DNA of 64,000 bases from contig CATNEN010000004.1 of NCBI GenBank assembly GCA_950097015.1, positions 248,001 through 312,000 of the forward strand. The letters are read 5' to 3'. Numbering within the stretch: the stretch's first letter is position 1; each line of letters opens with the position of its first letter. The DNA comes from Macrostomum hystrix. Taxonomy: Eukaryota; Animalia; Platyhelminthes. Of this stretch, positions 34,258 to 47,350 are shown one piece after another. The position numbers and the translations under genes are program-made. The notes beneath the pieces were generated by a model. The model was not told where the DNA came from and did no database searches. It was given only the letters and a program-made list of their open reading frames with translations.

Positions 34258-36465
34258 ATGTCAAATAGGGATCTGGTCAAATAGGGATCTGGTCAAATAG
34301 GGATCTGGTCAAATAGGGATCTGGTCAAATAGGGATCTGGTCAAATAGGGATCTCGTCAAATAGGGATCTGGTCAAATAGGGATCTGGTCAAATAGGGAC
34401 CTCGTCAAATAGGGATCTGGTCAAATAGGGATCTGGTCAAATAGGGATCTGGTCAAATAGGGATCTTGTCAAATAGGGATCTTGTCAAATAGGGATCTGG
34501 TCAAATAGGGATCTGGTCAAATAGGGATCTGGTCAAATAGGGATCTGGTCAAATAGGGATCTCGTCAAATAGGGATCTCGTCAAATAGGGATCTGGTCAA
34601 ATAGGGATCTCGTCAAATAGGGATCTGGTCAAATAGGGATCTGGTCAAATAGGGACCTCGTCAAATAGGGATCTGGTCAAATAGGGATCTGGTCAAATAG
34701 GGATCTGGTCAAATAGGGATCTTGTCAAATAGGGATCTTGTCAAATAGGGATCTGGTCAAATAGGGATCTGGTCAAATAGGGATCTGGTCAAATAGGGAT
34801 CTGGTCAAATAGGGATCTGGTCAAATAGGGATCTCGTCAAATAGGGATCTGGTCAAATAGGGATCTGGTCAAATAGGGATCTGGTCAAATAGGGACCTCG
34901 TCAAATAGGGATCTGGTCAAATAGGGATCTGGTCAAATAGGGATCTGGTCAAATAGGGATCTTGTCAAATAGGGATCTTGTCAAATAGGGATCTGGTCAA
35001 ATAGGGATCTGGTCAAATAGGGATCTGGTCAAATAGGGATCTGGTCAAATAGGGATCTGGTCAAATAGGGATCTCGTCAAATAGGGATCTGGTCAAATAG
35101 GGATCTGGTCAAATAGGGACCTCGTCAAATAGGGATCTGGTCAAATAGGGATCTGGTCAAATAGGGATCTGGTCAAATAGGGATCTGGTCAAATAGGGAT
35201 CTGGTCAAATAGGGATCTCGTCAAATAGGGATCTGGTCAAATAGGGATCTGGTCAAATAGGGACCTCGTCAAATAGGGATCTGGTCAAATAGGGATCTGG
35301 TCAAATAGGGATCTGGTCAAATAGGGATCTTGTCAAATAGGGATCTTGTCAAATAGGGATCTGGTCAAATAGGGATCTGGTCAAATAGGGACCTCGTCAA
35401 ATAGGGATCTGGTCAAATAGGGATCTGGTCAAATAGGGATCTGGTCAAATAGGGATCTTGTCAAATAGGGATCTTGTCAAATAGGGATCTGGTCAAATAG
35501 GGATCTGGTCAAATAGGGATCTGGTCAAATAGGGATCTGGTCAAATAGGGATCTGGTCAAATAGGGATCTCGTCAAATAGGGATCTGGTCAAATAGGGAT
35601 CTGGTCAAATAGGGACCTCGTCAAATAGGGATCTGGTCAAATAGGGATCTGGTCAAATAGGGATCTGGTCAAATAGGGATCTTGTCAAATAGGGATCTGG
35701 TCAAATAGGGATCTGGTCAAATAGGGATCTGGTCAAATAGGGACCTGGTCAAATAGGGACCTCGTCAAATAGGGATCTGGTCAAATAGGAACCTCGTCGA
35801 ATAGGGATCTGGTCAAATAGGGATCTGGTCAAATAGGGACCTCGTCAAATAGGGATCTGGTCAAATAGGGATCTGGTCAAATAGGGATCTCGTCAAATAG
35901 GGATCTGGTCAAATAGGGACATCGTCAAATAGGGACCTCGTCAAATAGGGATCTCGTCAAATAGGGACCTCGTCAAATAGGGACCTCGTCAAATAGGGAC
36001 CTCGTCAAATAGGGATCTGGTCAAATAGGGATCTGGTCAAATAGGGATCTCGTCAAATAGGGATCTGGTCAAATAGGGATCTGGTCAAATAGGGATCTGG
36101 TCAAATAGGGACCTCGTCAAATAGGGATCTGGTCAAATAGGGACCTCGTCAAATAGGGATCTGGTCAAATAGGGATCTCGTCAAATAGGGATCTGGTCAA
36201 ATAGGGATCTGGTCAAATAGGGATCTGGTCAAATAGGGATCTGGTCAAATAGGGATCTGGTCAAATAGGGATCTCGTCAAATAGGGATCTGGTCAAATAG
36301 GGATCTGGTCAAATAGGGATCTCGTCAAATAGGGATCTGGTCAAATAGGGATCTGGTCAAATAGGGATCCGGTCAAATAGGGACCTCGTCAAATAGGGAT
36401 CTGGTCAAATAGGGACCTCGTCAAATAGGGATCTGGTCAAATAGGGACCTCATCAATTTGGGATC
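34258..36465. repeat. 16-bp satellite (TCAAATAGGGATCTGG), ~138 copies with patterned variants
   Basis: Period 16; variant endings CTGG, CTCG, CTTG and ACCTCG; degenerate flank at 36466-36600. Confidence 0.97.
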
Positions 36466-37150
36466 TCGTAAAATTTGGATCTCGTCACAAAAATAGATCA
36501 TGAATTTGGGATTTCGATATATTGGGGTCTCGTCAAATTGAAATATTTTCAAATTGTGACCTCGTTAAATAGGATTTTGTATAATTAAGACCCAGTCAAA
36601 TTATAATCGCATCAAATAGCAAACTTTTCAAAAAGGGATTTCTTTCTATCTGACGAAATCCCCAGCTAATAACCGTTAGCTCGCAAACAGTCTCATCGAT
36701 AAAAAATTAGTTTAAAAAGCAGTCAAGAAAAGCAAAGCAAAGCAAAGGTATGTGCAGGTGCGCACTGGGGCACAGGGTTGCTAACTGCTGTCTCGAGTCA
36801 ACAAGCCTCGGGTGCTGTTTCGGAATAACTAATGCTCGAGTCTAATTAAGGCCAGTTTTAAAGCTAACTGTATGCGTAATTTCTTCTTTCTTGTAAGCTA
36901 AAAATGCTGGCTCCAGCTATTGGACTCGCCTGACATTTAAGAAGGCATAGGCAACGCAGGCAGAAAGTGTCGAAATCTGCAGGTAGGCAGGTAGGCCGTG
37001 AGTAATTCGCACGGAGACAGACAGGTTGGCCGCGGAAGCCGCGCCAGAAACTGCGGACAGCTAAAAAGAGTAGCGATCTGGGCCAGAGAAACTCAGCAAG
37101 CAGGGGAGCCGGGCGAAATCCGTTTTCAGCTCTCCTAGCGCCCCAACCGC

Positions 37151-37657
37151 ATGGGCAACTGCCTGTTCTCGAGGCGAGGCCGCTTCTACCCGGATCAGAA
37201 GCTGGTTGGTGACGGCGAGAGCTGCGCCACCATAGCCACAGTAGCCGCCGCCCCTGTTGCCGTAGTTGCGAAATCAGAGTCGGGCAGTTCAGCAGACGCC
37301 GCAGCCCACGTGCAGATGCGGGCTCTGTATTCGTTCGACAAGCAAGCTGACGACGACTTGGCCTTCGTTCAGGACGACATCCTCGACCTGTTGGATAATT
37401 CCAGCGGAGAATTCTGGTGGCTGATGCGAAACCAGAGAACTGGGGAGAGCGGCTATGTACCGTGCAACTACATCCAGCCGTACGATGGCGGGCCAGCCTC
37501 TCTAACCGCCTGGTTCGACGTCGACCGTCGGGAGGCCGAGCGCTGCCTCCTCATGCCCGGCGTGCCGTTCGGCAGTTTCATCCTGCGGCCCTGCGGACAG
37601 CGGAGCGAGGCCGGCGCCTTCAGCCTCAGCGTCCGGACAGACGAAGACTCCCAGGAG

Positions 37658-37691
<34 letters not shown>

Positions 37692-38971
37692 CGCAGCAAC
37701 AGCAGGTGCTAGTAAGGCACTACATTGTGAGGCCAACAGACCAGGGCGGATACTACATCAGTCCCAACCGTCGCTTCGCCAGCTTGGTGGAGCTGCTGGA
37801 GCACTACCAGAGCCAGCAGGACGGCATGTGCTGCCGCCTGACGCTGCCCTGCCCCAGGGAGTACGTGCCGCCGCCGCAGCTGCGCGACTTTGAGCTCAAT
37901 AGGAAACTGCTCACCTTTGTTGAGAAGCTAGGCCAGGGCTCGTTTGGAGAGGTGCGACCATGACTTTAGTACATGGCTGACAACATGACACAATCCAGCC
38001 ACAGTGCAGCATGAAAATGACACAATCCTGCCACAGTGCAGCATGAAAATGACACAATCCTGCCACAGTGCAGCATGAAAATGACACAATCCTGCCACAG
38101 TGCAGCATGAAAATGACACAATCCTGCCACAGTGCAGCATGAAAATGACACAATCCTGCCAGTGTGACCCCCCAAAATCGCTCGCCCGCAGGTATGGAAG
38201 GCAAAGCTCGGCCGCCTAGTGGAGGTGGCTGTGAAGAGCATGAAGGAGGCCACGATGAACAAGGCGGACTTCATCAGCGAGGCCGAGAAGATGCACAAGC
38301 TGCACCATCCGAAGATTGTGCAGCTAGTCGGTGTTTGCACCAGAGAGGAGCCGTTCTACATCGTGACGGAATTCATGCCCAACGGCGCACTGACCGCCTA
38401 CCTGAGGCGCGACAACGAGGAGGGCCGCAGGGTGACATTCTGCCACATGATTGACATGCTGTTCCAGGTGGCAGACGGTATGTCCTACCTGGAGCAGAAG
38501 CGTTTCATTCATCGCGACCTGCGGGCCGCCAACATCCTGGTCGGCCTGAACAACACCGTCAAGGTGGGCGACTTCGGCCTAAGCCGCTGCATCGAGGAGG
38601 AGGCCTACTGCTTCAAGGAGGGCACCAAGTTTCCGATTCGCTGGACGGCGCCAGAGGCAGCGAAGTCAAAGGCGTTTACGCATAAATCAGACGTCTGGTC
38701 GTTCGGCGTGCTGGCCTACGAGATTGTGACTCGGGGTGGCCTGCCCTACCCGGAGTACAGCAACAGTGACATACTGCGCCTGGTTAGCGGCGGCTACCGG
38801 ATGCCGAATCCCGACTGCCCGGAGGTTGGGGTGTCATGCGAGCGCTTCCTCTACGAAAATGTGATGCTGGCCAGCTGGCAGCTGGACCCTGCCGCCAGGC
38901 CCACCTTCGCCGCAGTCAGAAATGTTCTGGAGAACTACTTTGTGGAGAAGCAGCCGCAGTATGAGCAGTAG
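37151..38971 (+). CDS. Src-family (Src42A/FRK-like) tyrosine kinase; join(37151..37951,38192..38971), 526 aa
   Basis: MGNC myristoylation/palmitoylation start; SH3 ALYSF..WW..GYVPCNY; SH2 EAER..FILR; kinase LGQGSFGE|VWK..VAVK, HRDLRAAN, DFG, A-loop Tyr, FPIRWTAPE; C-tail QPQYEQ. One phase-0 GT..AG intron. Confidence 0.95.
37984..38163. repeat. 32-bp minisatellite filling the Src intron
   Basis: About 5.5 copies of ATGACACAATCCTGCCACAGTGCAGCATGAAA. Confidence 0.9.
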
Positions 38972-39019
38972 GGGCTGAGAGGGGAGAGCAGGGAGGAAGT
39001 AGGTGTTCAATAATAGAAA

Positions 39020-39420
39020 GAAGGGCCTGAAGAGGAGGATGAAGGGCCTGGAGAGGAGGATGTAGGGCCTGGAGAGGAGGATGTAGGGCCTGGAGAGGAT
39101 GAAGGGCCTGGAGAGGAGGATGTAGGGCCTGGAGAGGAGGATGAAGGGCCTAGAGAGGAGGATGAAGGGCCTGGAGAGGAGGATGAAGGGCCTGGATAGG
39201 AGGATGTAGGGCCTGAAGAGGAGGATTTAGGGCCTGAAGAGGAGGATGTAGGGCCTGGAGAGGAGGATGTAGGGCCTGAAGAGGTGGATGTAGGGCCTGG
39301 AGAGGAGGATGTAGGGCCTGGAGAGGAGGATGTAGGGCCTGAAGAGGAGGATGTAGGGCCTGGAGAGGAGGATGTAGGGCCTGGAGAGGAGGATGTAGGG
39401 CCTGGAGAGGAGGATGCAGC
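39020..39420. repeat. 21-bp minisatellite (GAGGAGGATGTAGGGCCTGGA) just 3' of the Src stop
   Basis: About 19 copies. Confidence 0.93.
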
Positions 39421-39764
39421 ACCTGCAGGGGAAGCAGGGAAAAGTAGAATGACGAAAGCTGGGGAGGCAAATTTATGAATGCTGAACACTGCAAAAATCA
39501 AAATAATTCCTGGCCCTGATACGAGTAAGAACCATAATTATATTGCCTAATTGTTTGCGCTATCTATTATTAATCCGTGATTTTCTCTAATCTTGAAGTA
39601 AATCTTCTTAACCGAAATCTGAGCACCGGCGTCCCAAGCAGCACTGGTTGTGTACTTAACTCACACATCAGTCGAGTATTGCACATACTGTCCCAGAATG
39701 CTTCAGAATAAAATATACAAAAAATATAACTGAAGTTCGCGCAAAACTTTTTTACGAGATGTTC

Positions 39765-40875
39765 TCAACCTGAGGATCTGGGAGCAATGCCAACCCAAAC
39801 CTGAGGATCAGGGAGCAATGCCAACCCAAACCTGAGGATCTGGGAGCAATGCCAACCCAAACCTGAGGATCTGGGAGCAAAGCCTACCCAAACCTGAGGA
39901 TCTGGGAGCAATGCCAATCCAAACCTGAGAACCTGGGAGCAATGCCTACCCAAAACCTGAGGATCTGGGAGCAATGCCTACCCAAACCTAAGGATCTGGG
40001 AGCAATGCCAACCCAAACCTGAGAACCTGGGAGCAATGCCTACCCAAACCTGAGGATCTGGGAGCAATGCCAACCCAAACCTGAGGATCTGGGAGCAATG
40101 CCTACCCAAAACCTGAGGATCTGGGAGCAATGCCTACCCAAACCTGAGGATCTGGGAGCAATGCCTACCCAAAACCTGAGGATCTGGGAGCAATGCCTAC
40201 CCAAACCTAAGGATCTGGGAGCAATGCCAACCCAAACCTGAGGATCTGGGAGCAATGCCAATCCAAACCTGAGGATCTGGGAGCAATGCCTACCCAAACC
40301 TGAGGATCTGGGAGCAATGCCAATCCAAACCTGAGGATCTGGGAGCAATGCCTACCCAAACCTGAGGATCTGGGAGCAATGCCAATCCAAACCTGAGGAT
40401 CTGGGAGCAATGCCTACCCAAACCTGAGGATCTGGGAGCAATGCCGATCCAAACCTGAGGATCTGGGAGCAATGCCTACCCAAACCTGAGGATCTGGGAG
40501 CAATGCCTACCCAAACCTGAGGATCTGGGAGCAATGCCTACCCAAACCTGAGGATCTGGGAGCAATGCCAATCCAAACCTGAGGATCTGGGAGCAATGCC
40601 TACCCAAACCTGAGGATCTGGGAGCAATGCCTACCCAAACCTGAGGATCTGGGAGCAATGCCTACCCAAACCTGAGGATCTGGGAGCAATGCCAATCCAA
40701 ACCTGAGGATCTGGGAGCAATGCCTACCCAAACCTGAGGATCTGGGAGCAATGCCTACCCAAACCTGAGGATCTGGGAGCAATGCCTACCCAAAAACTGA
40801 GGATCTGGGAGCAATGCCTACCCAAACCTGAGGATCTGTGGGAAGTGTTTGCTCAGCCTGAGGATCTGGGAGCAA
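39765..40875. repeat. 31-bp minisatellite (AAACCTGAGGATCTGGGAGCAATGCCTACCC)
   Basis: About 35 copies. Confidence 0.95.
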
Positions 40876-41684
40876 TGACGATCAAAAAGTATCTACAAAA
40901 AGAGCGAGTAAAAATCGCAAGCAACATTTCAATTATCGATATCGACTTGTTTCAACTGAAAAGCTTCCCTTGTCAATTCTTATCCTGCTTATCGTCGTTA
41001 ACAATTAGAGAATGTAATTTTAACATCAACACAGACTTTTGGTGAGTAAAAGCTAATCACAAGAGGTTTTGTGTCCATTTGAAAACAAGCGATCGAGACA
41101 TACTGAGAGGAGAAATAATTTTCATTAAAAAAATCAAGTGTCCACGCTATCGCTAGTTGAATAAGTGATTGGATTAACTCGACTTTACTGGATATTCCAA
41201 TGTGCATTGGGAACAGAAAACAAGATAGCGGAAACAAAAAACTAATATGCGTACTGTAAACAGGAGACCATCGGTTGGAATAAAAACATGCATTACACTT
41301 AGGCGGCTAGTGCAATTAGGAGAGAATTTCAATTGCACAAATGAGAACAGCAAGCTACCCTACTGAAAGTAGGCAGACAAGAGCAATGCGCCTGGAGATC
41401 TGATATTTTAAAACGACCGGAATAAGTACATTTAGTGCAGAAAAGCAAATAGAAGATTATTACCGATTGGGAAAACTGGTGTTTTGTAAGATAACAAAAT
41501 AGTGGACTTCCAATCTGCACTGCAATATTATAAGCAATCATCTTCGTATCTAGAATCCAAATATAGCCAAAAAAATAATTCAATGATTAAAAATACGATT
41601 ATATTAAACACATAGATACATTTTGATAATTAAATAGCAGATGCTAACTGGGGAGACCACATGGATTATAAAGTAGAATCGTAG

Positions 41685-43000
41685 AAGGGATTGAAGGGAG
41701 AAGATAAAATTATGATTGAAGGGAGAAGATAAAATTATGATTGAAGGAAGAAAAGGAAGTGATTGAAGGGGGGAGATAAGAAGGGATTGATGGGAGGAGA
41801 AGAAGGGATTGAAGGGAGGAGAAGAAGGAATTGAAGGGAGGAGAAGGGACTGAAGGGAGGAGATAAGAAGGAATTGAAGGGAGGAGATAAGAAGGTATTG
41901 AAGGGAGGAGATAAGAAGGGACTGAAGGGAGGAGATAAAATATGATTAAAGGAAGGAGATAAGAAAGGATTGAAGGGAGGAGAAGGGATTGAAGGGAGGA
42001 GAAGAAGGGATTGAAGGGAGGAGATAAGAAGGAATTGAAGGGAGGAGATAAGAAGGTATTGAAGGGAGGAGATAAGAAGGGACTGAAGGGAGGAGATAAA
42101 ATATGATTAAAGGAAGGAGATAAGAAAGGATTGAAGGGAGGAGAAGGGATTGAAGGGAGGAGAAGAAGGGATTGAAGGGAGGAGATAAGAAGGGATTGAA
42201 GGGAGGAGCAGGGATTGAAGGGAGGAGATGAAGGGATTGAAGGGAGGAGAGGAAGGGATTGAAGGGAGGAGAGGAAGGGATTGAAGGGAGGAGAAAAAGG
42301 GATTGAAGGGAGGAGAAGGAATTGAAGGGAGGAGAAGAAGGGATTGAAGGGAGGAGAAGAAGGGATTGAAGACAGGAGAGGAAGGGATTGAAGGGAGGAG
42401 CAGGGATTGAAGACAGGAGAGGAAGGGATTGAAGGGAGGAGAAGAAGGGATTGAAGGGAGGAGCAGGGATTGAAGACAGGAGAGGAAGGGATTGAAGGGA
42501 GGAGAAGAAGGGATTGAAGACAGGAGAGGAAGGGATTGAAGGGAGGAGAAGGGATTGAAGGGAGGAGAAGGGATTGAAGGGAGGAGAAGAAGGGACTGAA
42601 GGGAGGAGAGGAAGGGATTGAAGGGAGGAGAAGGGATTGAAGGGAGGAGAAGGGATTGAAGGGAGGAGAAGGGATTGAAGGGAGGAGAAGGGATTGAAGG
42701 GAGGAGAAGGGATTGAAGGGAGGAGAAGAAGGGATTGAAGACAGGAGAGGAAGGGATTGAAGGGAGGAGCAGGGATTGAAGACAGGAGAGGAAGGGATTG
42801 AAGGGAGGAGAAGAAGGGATTGAAGGGAGGAGCAGGGATTGAAGACAGGAGAGGAAGGGATTGAAGGGAGGAGAAGAAGGGATTGAAGGGAGGAGCAGGG
42901 ATTGAAGGGAGGAGAAGGGATTGAAGGGAGGAGAAGAAGGGACTGAAGGGAGGAGATAAAATATGATTAAACGGAGGAGAGACAAGGGATTAATAGGGAG
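41685..43000. repeat. Purine-rich 19-22-bp minisatellite (AAGGGATTGAAGGGAGGAG)
   Basis: Tandem GA-rich units with indels. Confidence 0.93.
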
Positions 43001-43572
43001 AGGCGGATGGTATAAAATAGCGAAATGACAATCTGGGATATGGATAAATTTGGCTGCAACGAAGCAATGTCTCACACAAATAACTTATATAAGCATATTG
43101 TGTTACACAGTACATAGCCCGAAATTTGACAACAATAACAATATAAGTAATGCTTTGTTCGCATTAGTCCACTTAAACGATATTATTCCTATATTGAAAC
43201 ACTGCGGCGTCAATTTCAATTCATGATCTGTAACGGAGGTTCGCATCTAGATAAAACAACAAGCAATCAAAATTTAGCTCACATTGACAAGATGAGAAAG
43301 GAAAAGTTTATTTTGATTATAATTTGCTTTGTAACTGAACCATAACCATGTTCTAAACAGCAATACATTAATGTGGATAGAAAGTAATAAGAGTAAACGA
43401 AAATAAATGGTGAACAATCGTAAATGAGTGAATGAATCAATCGGAGTGTTACTGTTCGGTAAATCTGTAAATTTATTCTTGAATCATTTGTCTCCCAACT
43501 GTGCCGCACATCTACAAATATGAGCCACGTGTAACAAAGTAGATCGACACCGTAAATCCTATAAAGTTCGCA

Positions 43573-43955
43573 CTGAATAAAGGGAAGAGACTAATGAGGT
43601 GGTGGATGCTGCAGTAGGGCAGAGAAAAGGAGGTGGTAGGTGCTGCAGTTGGGAAGAGAAAGGGAGGTGGTGGGTGCTGCAGTAGGGCAGAGAAAATGAG
43701 GTGGTGGTTGCTGCAGTAGGGCAGAGAAAAGGAGGTGGTGGGTGCTGCAGTAGGGCAGAGAAAAGGAGGTGGTGGGTGCTGCAGTAGGGCAGAGAAAAGG
43801 AGGTGGTGGGTGCTGCAGTTGGGAAGAGAAAGGGAGGTGGTGGGTGCTGCAGTAGGGCAGAGAAAATGAGGTGGTGGGTGCTGCAGTTGGGCAGAGAAAA
43901 TGAGGTGGTGGGTGCTGCAGTTGGGCAGAGAAAATGAGGTGGTGGGTGCTGGGAA
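43573..43955. repeat. 34-bp minisatellite (AGTAGGGCAGAGAAAATGAGGTGGTGGGTGCTGC)
   Basis: About 11 copies downstream of Rab7. Confidence 0.9.
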
Positions 43956-44118
43956 AATGGGTGGTGACAATTCTAAATTTTTGTTGAGCGTGCATCTGCG
44001 AATACCAATCAAAACCCAATAAGAAATTTCTCGCAATAGACTGAAAACATGGCATGTAAAATCATTTGAGTTTATTGGTGATGGATTTCATCAAGGCTCC
44101 CTACAATGGGCCGAGCGA

Positions 44119-45128
44119 TCAGCACGAGCAACCGCCCTGCTGGCCGCCCTGCTGCCCGGAGCCGGCGCCACCCTGCAGCTGGATGGCTGGCGGCAGTTCG
44201 GAGGCGCCGGCGTCGTCAGCGGCGGCCTCCTGGGCCAGGGCGTCTTTGGCCAGCTGCATGAAGGCGGCCTCAACGTTGACGGCCTCCTTGGCGCTGCACT
44301 CGAAGTAGGGCATGTTGGATTTTGTCTGCGCCCACTGGGCGGCCCGCTTCTTGGTGACGCCGCGGTTCTCCAGGTCGATCTTGTTGCCAGCCAGCACGAA
44401 GGGGAAATTGTCCGGATCCCTGGGGCTGGCCTGGATCAGGAACTCGTCCCGCCAAGAGTCCAGCGTCTTAAACGAGTTCGGCTGCGTCACGTCGTACACT
44501 GCGGGAATTGGCGGCGTGCGGGGATTGGGATTGGGGATTCTCGGAAACTGGGATTGGGGATTCTCGGAAACTGGGATTGGGGATTCTCGGAAACTGGATT
44601 GGGGATTCTCGGAAGCTGGATTGGGGATTCTTGGAAACTGGATTGGGGATTCTTGGAAACTGGGATTGTGATTCTTGGAAACTGTAATTAGGGATTCTTG
44701 GAAACTGCGATTGATGATTGTAGAAAACTGGGATGGGAGATTATTTGGAAGTTGGAATTGGGGATTCTGTGAACCTGTGACAGAGACTCCTGTTTTTTAT
44801 TGATAAGTATTGTATTAAGGAGCGAGAAGAGTTGGAATATCCATAAAAGTTCAGCCGACTCACCCAGCATGCAGGCATCGGCGCCGCGGTAGAAGGCCAC
44901 GCCAAGGGACTGGAATCGCTCCTGACCGGCGGTGTCCCACAGCTGCAGGGTGACCACCCGGTCATCAACCATCAGCTCCTTGGTGAGGAAGTCAGCCCCA
45001 ATGGTGGCCTTGTACTGGTTGCTGAACTTGCGGTTAACAAACTGGTTCATCAGGGAGGTCTTGCCGACACCGGAGTCGCCAAGGATGATCACCTTGAGCA
45101 GGATCTTCTTGCGGCTGGCACTGGACAT
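44119..45128 (-). CDS. RAB7: Rab7 small GTPase; join(45128..44864,44498..44119), 214 aa
   Basis: [60 protein letters not shown]; NKIDL; ECSAK; C-terminal CSC prenylation motif. Phase-1 intron GTGAGT..CGCAG. Confidence 0.97.
44518..44765. repeat. 22-23-bp minisatellite (GGGATTCTCGGAAACTGGGATTG) in the Rab7 intron
   Basis: About 10 decaying copies. Confidence 0.85.
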
Positions 45129-47350
45129 GCTTTCTGATTAATATTGTTGACAATGCAGAACTCACTGATGGGATAATTAGTTAATTATAGAGCTTGCAGG
45201 CTGGAAAATAAATACTGTAATTGCTGGTTTAATATTAATAAACTATTTTTACTAAGCAACAGCAAAAATACTTGTAGGGAAACTTTGATCCTTAGCATGT
45301 TAGTTAAAAATATATAATTTTATATGACAAAACAACAATTTACACTGAATCATTGATCTGATGATTAACTATCTATCTTCTGATTATTCTGTTATGACTC
45401 CACTATTCAGTAGACTCTATAATATAGCATTGAAAACAAAATACAACACAGATAATTAAACAATTATAAAATTCTATTTAGGGGGCCTACTAATAGAACC
45501 ATACATAGTGATAAGATATTATTAACTAATGATCTAGTTTCTTTTGTTTCAATGAAAGTGAAAGCTATTTTAGTTTAACTTTACAAAAAATGATTAAAAT
45601 ATAAATTATGAAGTTTTGATAAAGCCATAGGGGGTTAAACCCTAAACCCATGGAAAGATTGCTAAGAAATCATTAGATTTAATGTGTTACCTCTAGTCTG
45701 AACATGGCTATAGCTAGGCTATGTTAAGTAATTTTGTGAATGTAGTTGTTGCTATGCATATATAGCTTTACAGCATTCTTTTCAAATTATTTGTAAAACT
45801 TTTTTTCCAAAGTCTCTTTTTGAATTGATGCCACAACTTGAAATTTTGATTGTCAATGTTATTTTTTTGCATTAAACAAACTGGGGCTGCTTCTGGGGTA
45901 CAGAACTTTTCTGTGGCAAATGTTCAGTGGGGGGATAAAAAGCAAAATGGTTGACATGATTAGGAGTGTCTATGGCCAAAAAGAATGAAATGGTTAGTGA
46001 GAAAGGAAGTATTAGCACATCTTCAGCATTCTGCTAACACATTCTACTAATTTTCTACCATTAACACTCACTTAAAGTCTATTAAAACCATGTCAATATG
46101 CGCCTGGCAGCACCACCATTTATTGTGGATCTAAACTCCTTTATTATTGCACCAGCCAAATTTTGACACACAATCTTGAAGAATTTGGACCTGACATTTG
46201 ACACTCATCATAACATAGTTTCTGATTGCTTGATTGTTTCGAATTGTTTCAAAATGATTTCTTAATGTCTTTGTATTCTTTAAAAAAAATCTGAAAAAGT
46301 TAAATGAAGAATTAAAAAATAATGCCAGCTATATTATACTTCTATGACTATATCCATGACTTTATAAAACAAAATAAGAGAAGACTTTGGCTTGGAATAT
46401 GAAAGTGGCAACAAACAACAACAAGGGAGATCAGAAAACAAAAAAATACCATGGACCATAACAATAAAGTTACAGAACATTTCTCCTAAATTTTAAGAGG
46501 CAATGAAGAATATTAATAGGACTAAAAACGGAACACTATTAAAGTTACTAAGTGTTACTGACTTATATTTGCAGTATATTAGATATAAAGTATATTAGAT
46601 ATAGGCCCTATACAAGCTATAGCAAGGGAGCAGGCAACTGTAGTCTGTACAATGCTGTTGTATTTCAAGAGCAGTGGCTATGGCTAAGTACTAAGCTAGC
46701 TAGCTTACTTTTAATAACATAAACCTAGTTTCTTAAGCTACTCCAGTAGTACTTGCAGTAATTTTTTGTTATTTCTCGAAATCTGCAACACACATATATA
46801 TAATTTACACTTCCAAATTTTCTATCAATATTTATATCATACTTTATATCAAAACTTTCATACAGGCATAATTAATAATGCCAGATTACGAGAACCTTTT
46901 TACTTTTTTAAAGCAGGCAGCTGACCTATGACGCAAAAGCGTTGTAGAGTCCTAACAAGTGCCTAAATTACCAAAGAAAAAAACTAAATATAATCCCACT
47001 TAAATAGATGAAACTGATTAATAATTACATATTCGTGCAACTACGTAATTTGTTTTATCTAGTGTGTTTTGAAGAAAGAATATATTATTTAAACTCAAAT
47101 ACTACTTCAGCACGAGCGGTCCGGGTTCATATGCTTTTATTGGTTTGTTTCAGTAAATTTATAAAGCATTAGAAGCCAGATATTGCTTTAGTATCGTACA
47201 TGAGTTCAGCAAGAGAGCTGTGAATTTTACTGAAATTTTCTTTCATCAAGATGTATCGCCAGGATCAGTTCATAAGTGAAAAATTCGCATCCAAAGCTTG
47301 CTTTGTTAGCCGCTGATCAGTCCATATGCCGCTGTGAAGTGGCTGCCAAC

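Noticed and set aside
31452-36465. Regular repeat arrays as possible CRISPR arrays
   Set aside because: Units are head-to-tail with no unique spacers, there are no cas genes, and the context is eukaryotic.
40880-41580. Scattered LRR-like peptides (LKSFPCQFLSCLSSLTIREC, LLDIPMCIGN, DNKIVDF) and a GTGAGT donor at 41042
   Set aside because: Fragments are in different frames with stops and are too degenerate to call without an HMM search.
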